64,000 nucleotides of DNA, from assembly GCA_000004985.1 (NCBI GenBank), contig GG738915.1; one strand, written 5' to 3'. The DNA comes from Naegleria gruberi. Its lineage: Eukaryota. A model generated the notes under the pieces. That model saw only the letters and a list, made by a program, of their open reading frames with translations. It had not been told where the DNA came from and ran no database searches. The position numbers and the translations under genes were made by a program. This document shows, one piece after another, positions 41,392-51,913 of the stretch (the stretch's first letter is position 1; each line of letters begins with the position of its first letter).

Positions 41392-44300
41392 ATGAATCAA
41401 CATTCACGTTCAACAAGATCATCATCCACTCCAACCCATAGCAATACCACCACAAGACAACCACAACAACAACAGCAACAACAATCAATTTTGCCACAAT
41501 ATAAAGATGTAATAGACAAGGTCAATGAGCCACTCTCACTCATCTACTTTGAATCGTCATCAGACGCAAAGGCTGCTAAAAGAACATTAAATTGGGGACT
41601 TTACTTTTACGAGCATGGTGAATATATTAAATCGAGAGAGGCTCTAATTAAATGTGGAGAAGTTATTTCGAAAATCAATTCTAAACTTTCTACCATTAAT
41701 AATAATAATGGCTCGACAATTTCATTATCATCAACAACATCTCAGGGAAATACAGAATTAGTACAAGGTAAGAGGAATTTTCAATGATTGCAAGTGTCAA
41801 TCAATTATAATGACAATTTAATTTACTTTAATAGTTGGAAAGGATTTACTTTATCGAATTATTCTACTTGTGGAATGTTTGGATAAGATTATGAAAGCAA
41901 AACATCAACAATCCATTGTAAAGAACCAAGCAACCAATTCACCACCTAAAACAACATCAAAACCAAATTCAACACCAACAAACAGTTCTTCTTCTAGTAG
42001 TAGCAGCACTCAGGGAACACTTTCTAGAATATCGAGTGGCATATTTTCAACAATCACGAGTAACTTTACATCTATCAAGAGTAATCTTCAGAAGGAGGGT
42101 TCCTCTTTGAATAATACTAATGGTAATAATGGTAGTAACTCGAAACTGATTCAATTATTCAACAATGTTGGAAATGTACTGAAAAAACCAAAGGAAGAGG
42201 TTGCAATACCCAATCTAGCAGACTCTTATGTACAGGATCAATATGTGTTTGTGGAATTTATAGATGAGAAGAAACCTAATGAGCAACAACAACATGTACA
42301 CAGCAATTTAACTAATTCTCCGAACGATGGAAACATCCCTCCTCTACAACAGGTCAGCTCCTCTAGGGATTCTCTCTCTAAATTACAAAAACGTTTGCAA
42401 ACTGTAATGAAAGGCTCCTCAACAACAACGAATACATCTTTACAACATCAACAACCACAACAGCAACAACAGGTAAATTTGACAGGTAGTGGTTCCTCCT
42501 TGTCAGCTTCCTCTCTTCCAGGTCCAATCAGATTATCCCTTGATGCCTTGCAAACATCAGCGTCTGCAACATCACCAAATGGAGAAGTGAAAAGAGGTCC
42601 ACAAACATCCAGACTCAAATCTTTTATTCAATACATGGAAGAGAGGAGTGGAACATGGAGTCCTGAAACAATTTCTGAGGAAGAGGTTAGGGAGATGGTG
42701 AGAGTACTCAATGAAAATTTAAAGATTTTGAGTACCTCATCAAATTACAAAACAATGGGAATTCTGGCACAAATGTACGATCAAATACGTCCCTATAAGA
42801 AGCAAGTTCTGAAAGAGCTCTCCAGTCAATCAACCAAAGACAAGAGCAAGAAGATTTTAATGTTAAAGAAAATTATTAGTATTGCATTTTCAACCAAAAT
42901 GGTAAATCACTATATTTCAAAAGAGGAAAATTATACAACACTTCAGGAAAATTTCCTTCAATATTTCGAGTTGGATCTCTTTACATTGCATTTGCTGAAT
43001 ATTTATGCAGCAGCTGAAAACTTTGATCACACAAACTTTTGCCTTTCACATCTAGTTGCTAACATTGAGCTATTTTCACAAGCAATTAATGATGTTAATC
43101 AATACCAAGTTGAGAAGAGACAAATTTACAAACAAGTGGATGAATTAATTTTTGGCCACCTCAGAAATAGAATAATCGAGTTGAAGTGGTGTTTTGGAGT
43201 TGACACGTTTGCATACGTGACTAATGATTTCGACAGTGACGCTCTCGAGTCACTAGAATTACTACTCAAGTGTCTTGATGGTTGGCTTAAAATCAAAACA
43301 CAAATGGGTGACTATAGTGTAAATAATAGACCAACAATAGCAGCCATTTTAACAGAATGTTTGGCTCATTTTGTAAGAAAATTGTACATTCTCAACAGAG
43401 AAATGATATCAAATAATTTGAAACAATCTCCTCATTTGAGAGGTTTCTTTTTGGAAGCATCTTTTGACATGAATCTCTCAACATTTGTTGTAGATGAGAC
43501 GAAACAATTGTGTTCTAGGTTTGCTTCCTACTTTGACAAGTATTTTGAAAATACTGCTCAATTTAAAGATATTGTAGCAGTCGAGTTTTCTAAACATTTA
43601 TCAGTGGAAGTTAAGGCATTCTGTCAGGAAGCTCTCAAATATCAACAGGCATGTATGGAACAAGCAAAGAAAAATAAGTTTTTGAGAGTTTACTTTAACG
43701 ACTTGAATTTGGGTGTTCTGAATAAGTTGGTGTCCCACTTTGTGACCAAGTACAGAATTCTTCAAGAACTGTCGCCATGTGTAAAAGATTTTGAAATTGA
43801 ATCTTTCTATGAAATTGTGAGTATGTGCATTACAGTTGCTACTCCAAACAGACTGAAAGATTTTTACTCAAAGGTCATGAGTATGGACACACTAGATAAA
43901 CCAATCGACAAGACAGTCCTTTATACATTCTCCTGTATAGATATGGCTAATGCAAGTCTCAAACCAATTCACATGATTTACAATTTGGACACTCTTATTA
44001 GAAATGGAAATGACAAGTATTTGAGTTTTTTAACTCTGCATTTTGAAGCTATTAGACCAACCATTTCCGAATATTTACAATTAATGCTCAATAGATGTAA
44101 ATATGAATTATCCAAAGTGCAGGGAAATGTCCATGACAGAATACGTTTAGCATGTATTGCCTTCAACAATGTCAATGGACTTTTCATGTATGCCAAAGAT
44201 ATCCTGCAACAATTTAACAGTTCAGTATGTGATCAACTGTTGGAAGACTATGACAGAAAGGTTAATCCAGAGGAAGAATCTGATCAGTTCAACATTAATA

Positions 44301-45226
44301 TACTCCAAGAAAAGTTGATTCAAGTTTATGATTTTCCAAGCGTAAAATCCATCACAAATGAGATAAGAATGGTCACTACAGATATGGCCTTCTTTATTGC
44401 TGACTGGTTGTATAATATGAATGAACAGAGATTTGAGGCAATTTTTAACATTGCATCCAATGGTTCACCTCAAGAAAAATTGTTCATTTTCCTGTCCTCT
44501 TTGGATAGGTTTTTTATGCATTTGTCAGACAATCTCTACTTGGAATTGTTACACGAGGTTCTACGACACTTATATGTAATCTATGTACAAAAATTAGTAA
44601 GAAACAAACTCTTAGGATACAAGCAAAAGAGTCCACTGAACGCCTCTGAATTACTTTCTCCTATTACTGGTATGGATGGTGCAACACCATTCTCTCCAAA
44701 TACATCACCAGTTCCATCACATTTTCCTACCTTTGAATCATCCCAGAAAGTAACTGTTCAATTATGTTTGGATGGACTCAAGGATTTATTCAATGCTTCA
44801 GGAGAAGGTTTGGATTCAAAATTCCTCGATCAACAATCACGAGAATTGGACATTTTAATATTGATCTATAATGACGAAACAGATATTTTGATTAATTTAT
44901 ATGAGAATCTTATTGGAGAAAGAGTTGATGATAAGTATTTAACAAGTCTCTATCAACGATTGGCACCTCAATCACCAAATTTGAACATGCCATCGTCTGT
45001 CTCAATGCCATCATTGGATGATAGTGATTCTATTTCCATAGCAAGTAGCAGCAGCTCTACAGATTCATTCATCCTGCTTTCACTCCAAGAGGCCATCAGT
45101 AGTAAGAGAAAGAATTCTGATTTCCTTTCTCCAGAACTTATTCTCCTCCTACTCAATCAGAGGAAGAAAGATAGAACAGCTAGATCATATGCAAGAAGGA
45201 GACTGAAAGAATTGAAAGAAAAATAA
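41392..45226 (+). CDS. Large hypothetical protein (~1250 aa), two exons (41392..41779, 41838..45226)
   Basis: ORF 41392..41787 ends at a GTAAGA donor (41780); the acceptor TTTAATAG ends at 41837. Splicing joins ...NTELVQ to VGKDLLYRIILLVECLDKIMKAKHQ..., the frame of the 1118-aa ORF. Q/N/S-rich N-terminal region, then a long alpha-helical-looking body without recognisable motifs. Confidence 0.5.
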
Positions 45227-45281
45227 ACCATTTCCAAGTCTTCCCAGAACTTTCTGATAATTCAATACTTGGAATGTTGGA

Positions 45282-47529
45282 TTATTTGGTGTTTGGAGTA
45301 TCAACAAAATCCCAACGTGAGCAGTCAACAACCAATGACTGTGCCAATAATAATCTCATTTTACAAATCCTATCGTCTGGATCAATGCTAGCAACTTGTT
45401 CTAGTAGTTGCTCTGCAGAAATAGGATCAAACCTATCTCGGCAAAATAAGTGGGAAATAGCTTTCTCAAACATTTCTTTAGTTGACCGTTTCTTACAATT
45501 TTCAAAAGGTATAATTTCCATAATTTCTACGTAATTTCTCTTACCCACTACACAGATTTTCCCAATCGATCGACAACTCCCTCCCTCTCCCAGAAAAATC
45601 GGTGAACAAGAATCAGTTACACTTTTCGATACTAGAATCTTGGCATCGTAATATTTCGTCAGAGATTCTAATCGAGCAGATAAATTGACTGCATCCCCAA
45701 CTATGGTTGGATCCATTCTCTTTGACTCTCCAATCAAGCCAACTGCACATCGTCCTCTGACAATTCCACATCCTATTGAAATAGGACCAACGATTGGTGA
45801 CACACTCTCATTAAAAACCAGAACACAATTTTGAATTTCAATCGATGCTTTCAGTGCATGGCCTGGCTCTGTAAATAGGGCAATAAATCCATCACCTTAA
45901 TAAAGTTCGTTCATAAATTTCTAAATTCTCGAATGAACATACCCATATATTTATCAATATATCCACAATTTCTCCTCACAATCGGACCAACCAAAGCCAA
46001 ATATCGATTCAATAATTTGAACATTTGATCAGTTGGTAGCCTCTCACTCATTGAAGTATAATTTCGAATATCAACAAACATAATATCCAACTCCTTCTCA
46101 AAGAAATCACCATGATGCAAATCTGTCACCTTCTGCTTATTGATAATGGACATGAATTCTCGTGGCACGAATTTGTAAACCATATCCTCTTGGAGACGCA
46201 ACATTTTCTTCCAAGGTCCTAGAATAGTTTTCGAAAATAGCAACGCCACCAATGCTGCCACAAGAACCACAATTACTATAACAATGGTAAATGCAATTAA
46301 TGAATCGGTAGCATTCAAACCAATTTGATTCGAATAGTCTAATAAGACCAATCTCATTCGATCTTCCACAATCCCTAAAAGAATTCATGCACAGAGTCAT
46401 GTTAAAAAACCATTCTTCAAGTGTATACTTTGTTAAATTTTGATAATTATCCAAGACATAATCTTCCATACTCTGACAGATATTTTGCTGAGTATCATTG
46501 AGAATATTTGTAAGGAATTCTGTGTAAATTTCATTGGATGCCTGAAGAGAGAATAAGTGTCGAACCAAGATTCCCTATAATACATTTAAAGATTTTGGTA
46601 AAAGTTGTTTTTCTTACACCACAATATTCAAAATTACTTACTTTAATGACTGCTTCTTTGAATGAATCAATCGAAGCTTGAGACAAACTTCCATTCATAA
46701 ATCCAAATGTTCCATAAATTCTTCTAATTCCTCGATATTCCCTAGCTGCGGAAAGTAAGTTGAATGAATTGTGAATTATTGCAAAAGTTGGATCCAAACT
46801 TTGACTTGTTACAACTCTAATCATATCATTGATCAAAGAATCCCAATCGTTGATGTATTGGATTGTTGGTAAAAAGGTTTCGTTCGTAACATTCTCCACT
46901 TTCATTCTCCACTCTCCAACACCTTTCGAATAACCAATGACCTTTCCCAAATAATCCTCAAACAAATACCACGTCCTTTTCCACTGTTCATTAATCAAAA
47001 TATCGTTTGGGCTTACCGAAAGTGCGAAGAACCTTTCGATAGCATTGTCAGTTCGATTTCTTGCTTCAGCTAATTCAATTGTATACTGCCTCTTATGAGA
47101 ACCTAGATAAAGAGATGTGATTCCTCTTTCATTTTGCAAACAATCACCAAGTTCTGAGAGATGCATTGTCACTCTTGATAGTTTTTTAATCTCATTCGCA
47201 TGGTTCAAGTTGACCGCAGCAGAATTAATCAGTAAGGCACCAAATACTGCCATAGGAATCAAGCAAAATGCAATAATGAGGGCCAATTTAATGATGAGAG
47301 GTATTTTCTCCAAGATTCTTATTGGAAAGAAACTATTAAACAAGGATTTGTTCATTATGGATTGAGAAGTTATTTTGGATTTGTGTCCTTTCTCAGTGAT
47401 TGGAACTGTGGTTGATGGTTCCTCGAAGGTATCTGGTACAGTACCAGATATACGTTTTGCATGCAATGTTCTTTCTGCATTGTGTTCTACTTGTTGTTGT
47501 TGGGGCGTTTCAATATTCGAAACCTCCAT
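45282..47529 (-). CDS. Membrane-bound class III nucleotidyl (adenylyl/guanylyl) cyclase with an extracellular NIT-like sensor domain; at least 4 exons
   Basis: Exon 1 (47529..46642) encodes a cytoplasmic N-terminus, TM1 (LIIKLALIIAFCLIPMAVFGALLI) and a sensor domain with LSELGDCLQNERGITSLYLGS, reminiscent of the NIT domain ELQ-ERG-S-x-x-YL-S signature. A 67-nt intron lies at 46575..46641 (GTAAGT...TATAG). Exon 2 continues the sensor (GILVRHLFSLQASNEIYTEFLTNILNDTQQ...). TM2 (LIAFTIVIVIVVLVAALVALLF) is followed by the cyclase core FEKELDIMFVDIRNYTSM...YIDKYMG | 47-nt intron (45896..45942) | DGFIALFTEPGHALKASIEIQNC...GPISIGCGIVRGRCAVGLIGESKRMDPTIVGDAVNLSARLES. The exon junction near 46370 is unresolved. 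Confidence 0.65.
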
Positions 47530-48440
47530 GTTTTTTTTTGTTGGAAGAGTAGTACAAGGTTGAACGAATCAAGAAGGTTTCCTCGTTTGTGTGAGTATTT
47601 TCCATGTTGTGCTTACAACATCCATGACTGTGAAGTTCCAAAATCGATGTCTGAATCTTGCAAAATGGGAAGAGATTACAACATTAATTTGTGTAGGTTT
47701 GATGAAAAGGAAAAAAACGCTCAATCTAAATGTTAATTTTCACACAAAAAGGGACAAGATGTTACCCAATATTTATCCCAGGGTTTCAAGTTAAATTCAA
47801 TTTATCTGAGAAATGTCAAATAATTCATATGTTTATATTCTCAACAAGGAGAAATGTAATCATCGATAATAGGTTCAATGCATCGAATAAATCACCACCA
47901 TGAATACATTTTAAAAGTTTTCATCAATCAGACACGCAAATCGAGAATAAATTTTGCAAGAGTGTTTTGTATTTTTGTAATGGCAAGCACCTTTTCAAGA
48001 ATATTACCCAATTGATGATCATAGTAATCAATGGTATCTTAATTGATGTGAGCAAACATTAGAGAATGAGTAATTTACCAACATAAAATCAATGCTATTT
48101 GTTCATTGTTTTCAACGTGTTGACTTATCTGACATGTCAAGCTGCTTAATCATCTTTGTATTGAATTTAAATTGATATGCTCATTGGATATAACCTCAAG
48201 AGGACCCGCCTTCTTCCGTTTGCTGGATTCTCCCTTCCATTCAATATTGGCTATTATTTCCATTCGGATTGTACTAAATCTGCCCTTAATATATTTACCC
48301 AAATTTCTTATTTTCAATGCTAATCCTAGCCCGAGGAAGAGGTCAATCTTTTTGTCAGCTGGAACCTCAATCAATAATAGGAGAGGTAGAATATTCATAT
48401 CCTCACAAAGAGGAGAAGGGCAATCTATAATTGTGCTCTC

Positions 48441-49790
48441 ATGAAAAAGAAAATGAATCCATTTGCCTTGCTTGATTTCCATTTGCCTCATAGATTTTCC
48501 TTACATGGTACGGAATCAAAGTATTTTGATCAGGTGCATGTTACCAAGGCCAATGATGAACATACTACTCTACAGGCAGTTGTTGGTGGTGATTCACCAA
48601 CTTGTTTAAAAGAAGAACAATCTTTATGTAATACTAATAATAATAATGGCGGAAATTGCTCCCCTTGTAATACTATGACCAATATTAGAAATAATACATT
48701 AAATAATCAAAGTGATGGATGTTGTCTCACTGAAGAAGACTCTGAAATATTGAATTGTTACTACAGTTCATCCATGTTTCTTCATGTGATCGCAAGGCAA
48801 GAGCTTGAACGTTTCTTACAAGATTCATCATCCAATTCCTCAAAGGCCAACACTCTGGAAATGATAGAAATGATGACCTTGTATTATTCCATCAAGGCAA
48901 CTTGTGAACTCCAGATGGGACGAATGGACAAATATGAAATCTCGGGAATGAAGGCAATGGAGAATCTTGTCAAACTTTCAAGTACAAACTTGGCGATTGC
49001 TGGAAGCTACCTTAATATGTGCTTGCTTGAATTGTGGAATGATAGATTTGATATTGCAAAATTGTATTTTGCAAAGGTTATGACCTTCAAACCATACTTT
49101 GAGAATGCATCGGAAGGACAGTATGAGTACAAATTATTGAAAGATGACCTCAATATCTCAGTCAAGTTATTGGAGTATACTCTATTCAATGCTGATGTTA
49201 ACAATCTTCATCATTTATTGTTTGAAAGGTTTCTTGTAAATTTACCAACTCTCTTTTCGTATTATAGAACTGGGCAAGCGCTCATTAATGAATGGAACCA
49301 CATTCTAAAGAATCCTCACCTTATCAATTCATCAAATTGTATGCAAGTTCATATGCTGATATTGACACTCTTGAGGGATTGTAAAAAGTATGAAGAAGAT
49401 ACAAAGGGACGATCAGAAAATCTCACTTTACTGTACGACTTTTTGGAAAGTGGGATAACATTGGCTCTGTTATCCAAATGCTCTGAAAAAACGCCCATGA
49501 TTGAGTATACCATTGAATCAAGTGCAAAGAGAATTGTCAAGTCAATTAAGAATCCAAATTTTGAATCTGCTCCATTTGAAGTGATCATTTATCTTTCATT
49601 TGCTGCAGAGCATCACTTGAAAAGGATTCTACAAGGTGTTTTATCAAGAGACTCGATGAATTATGTTGAAATGCTTCGAGATACACTCAATGCATACAAA
49701 TCTCTTCAATCCAGATTTAAAATAGCCAATTTTTACTATTATGGGGGAGTATTCCAACAAGTGGATTTATACTTCTGTAATAAAGCGTAA
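48441..49790 (+). CDS. Paralog of the Zn2Cys6 regulator family, with a degenerate or absent zinc cluster
   Basis: 449-aa ORF colinear with 50007..51719 (MNPFALLDFHL vs MNPFLVLDFHL; LYYSIKATCELQMGRMDKYEISGMKAMENL vs LYYSIKATCECQMGQIDKAELSAKQAKEYL; KNPHLINSSNCMQVHMLILTLLRDCKKYEED vs KNPHLIDSTNCVQVNTLLQNLLRECKRYEQN). Cys spacing in the N-terminal region does not fit CX2CX6C. The start is probably Met 48453. Confidence 0.5.
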   Translation: MKKKMNPFALLDFHLPHRFSLHGTESKYFDQVHVTKANDEHTTLQAVVGGDSPTCLKEEQSLCNTNNNNGGNCSPCNTMTNIRNNTLNNQSDGCCLTEEDSEILNCYYSSSMFLHVIARQELERFLQDSSSNSSKANTLEMIEMMTLYYSIKATCELQMGRMDKYEISGMKAMENLVKLSSTNLAIAGSYLNMCLLELWNDRFDIAKLYFAKVMTFKPYFENASEGQYEYKLLKDDLNISVKLLEYTLFNADVNNLHHLLFERFLVNLPTLFSYYRTGQALINEWNHILKNPHLINSSNCMQVHMLILTLLRDCKKYEEDTKGRSENLTLLYDFLESGITLALLSKCSEKTPMIEYTIESSAKRIVKSIKNPNFESAPFEVIIYLSFAAEHHLKRILQGVLSRDSMNYVEMLRDTLNAYKSLQSRFKIANFYYYGGVFQQVDLYFCNKA

Positions 49791-50006
49791 ATTATCCAAT
49801 TGACTACAGTTCCTTAATCTCTATAATAAAAATATAACCATACAACCAATTGAGTTAAGTGTTTTGTTTTGGGGCGAAGGACTTTCCTCCAATTAAAATT
49901 TCATCCTGAAACCTGTACAACCGATCCCTTATCACCATTGATCAATGATTATTTCCAAGATTGAAACTCTTTCATCTGCCTTAATCAAAAGTGTGGAGGC
50001 TTTTAA

Positions 50007-51719
50007 ATGGTTTGTTTACCTTCCTTATTAAATCAACCATTTGAAAAAAAATCAATGAATCCCTTCCTAGTGCTCGATTTCCACTTATCGGATGAGAATT
50101 TGTTCTTCAATCCTAACAATTTTCAGCCGGTAACCTTTGCAAATAACTGTACTTTTATTCCACAATTACAACCTCTTCAGACTCAGCCTCAATATATTAC
50201 TTCAACAACAGCATCAATAACTAATCACAATACTTCTATTAATCAACATCCTAATAATATCCAACAACAACAACTCCATCACAACAAGAATGGTTTCAAC
50301 CAACAACAAATACCTTCCTCATTCCAGAACGACTCTGTCAGTAGTTCCACTTCCTGCGATCCGGCCACTACACATGGAGGAAGCCGAAGCAACCACAACT
50401 CTGTTACAACAAATCAAACTGCTCTTGAGAATGTAGCAGAAAATGGCACATCTCAACCTTCAGAAGAGAACGCTAACTGTGATAATGCAGATGGAACCAT
50501 TGCTCCAATATCTTGTGATGCATGTCGTTCTAACCATCGTCGATGTGATCGTATCAGACCTTCATGTCAAGCTTGTAAAATAAGAGGAATCCCATGTAAC
50601 TATAGTATGAACTTTAAGAGAAGAGCCAAGTTTATTAACAATAACAGATTGAAGGATGAAGATGTTGCAATTTTGGATGTTTATTACACAGAGTCTGGAT
50701 ATCACATGGTTTCAAGGACAGAGTTGGAACAATTCTTGTTAGAATCTTATAAGTGTAACGGCTCTTACACAACACAAGATATGAAAGAGATGATAGCCCT
50801 GTATTATTCAATTAAAGCAACCTGTGAGTGTCAAATGGGTCAAATTGACAAGGCAGAGTTATCCGCAAAGCAGGCAAAGGAGTATCTTTCCAAAGTATTT
50901 GATTGCTATACCAGTATGAAGGTTGCTGGAACCTATCTCAACATGTGCTTTTATGAACTGTGGTTTGAGAGGTTACACACAGCCAAGTTTTACTTTCAAA
51001 CTCTACTCTTCTTTAAAGAAGCTCTTGAGAACTCAAAGGAAGAAACAAAGAATTCCATTAGAGAGCATCTAATAATTACAATCACCTACTTGGAGGAGAC
51101 CATATTTAACATTCAGGATAAGAAGAACCTTCATGAGAGAACCTTCGACAGGTTTTTGCTGACACTCCCAACACTCTTCTCCTATTTGAAAACTTCAGAT
51201 TGTATGTTTGGTAGTGACTGGGATTATTATTTGAAGAATCCACACCTAATTGACTCTACGAATTGTGTACAGGTTAATACACTCCTTCAAAATCTATTGA
51301 GAGAATGTAAGAGGTATGAACAGAATAATTTTGGAGGAAATCCAGTTCTGGATTTGTACTATGATGTCATGGAGAGTGGTTGTACATTGGCACTGTTGTC
51401 AAAAACTAAGGAAATGAATTCAATGATGGATTATGTCTTGGAGAGAAGTGCTACTACTATTGTAAATTCGATTAATAACCCTAAATTTGAATCAATGCCT
51501 TTTGAGATTCTTCTCCACATTTCATTTGCTGCAGAGTATCATTTGAAAAAGGTGAGAGAGGGCATATTTATGGGTAGTATGAATAATTGTGATTATATTG
51601 AAATGTTGAGAACTGAATTAAGAGCCTACCAAACCCTACAATCAAGATACAAGATTGCCAAGACTTACTTTTATGGTGGAATATTCAAGAAATTGGATGA
51701 CTATTTCAATAATCAATAA
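50007..51719 (+). CDS. Zn(II)2Cys6 (Gal4-type) binuclear-cluster transcription factor
   Basis: CDACRSNHRRCDRIRPSCQACKIRGIPCNY matches C-x2-C-x6-C-x6-C-x2-C-x6-C followed by basic residues. The long C-terminal region is shared with the upstream paralog. The start is probably Met 50055 (MNPFLVLDFHL). Confidence 0.65.
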   Translation: MVCLPSLLNQPFEKKSMNPFLVLDFHLSDENLFFNPNNFQPVTFANNCTFIPQLQPLQTQPQYITSTTASITNHNTSINQHPNNIQQQQLHHNKNGFNQQQIPSSFQNDSVSSSTSCDPATTHGGSRSNHNSVTTNQTALENVAENGTSQPSEENANCDNADGTIAPISCDACRSNHRRCDRIRPSCQACKIRGIPCNYSMNFKRRAKFINNNRLKDEDVAILDVYYTESGYHMVSRTELEQFLLESYKCNGSYTTQDMKEMIALYYSIKATCECQMGQIDKAELSAKQAKEYLSKVFDCYTSMKVAGTYLNMCFYELWFERLHTAKFYFQTLLFFKEALENSKEETKNSIREHLIITITYLEETIFNIQDKKNLHERTFDRFLLTLPTLFSYLKTSDCMFGSDWDYYLKNPHLIDSTNCVQVNTLLQNLLRECKRYEQNNFGGNPVLDLYYDVMESGCTLALLSKTKEMNSMMDYVLERSATTIVNSINNPKFESMPFEILLHISFAAEYHLKKVREGIFMGSMNNCDYIEMLRTELRAYQTLQSRYKIAKTYFYGGIFKKLDDYFNNQ

Positions 51720-51913
51720 ATAATCCTTACTATTATACTATTGTATCATGAGGATAAAGCACAAGTGTTCGAATATACAATCCAATTCAAGTTAGGCCGT
51801 ACGATTTGGTTTCCCTTCCTGTTCCGCCCAAAATCAGATGTGCACAATTATAAATTCCATTCCCTTATTACTCCTTCCAGCTCATCAAAAGGAATAAAAT
51901 CATCTTAAAGAAA

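Noticed and set aside
48150-48491. 113-aa minus-strand ORF and the overlapping 90-aa plus-strand ORF 48172..48444
   Set aside because: Mutually overlapping short ORFs in the promoter region of the Zn2Cys6-family gene, with no domain signal.
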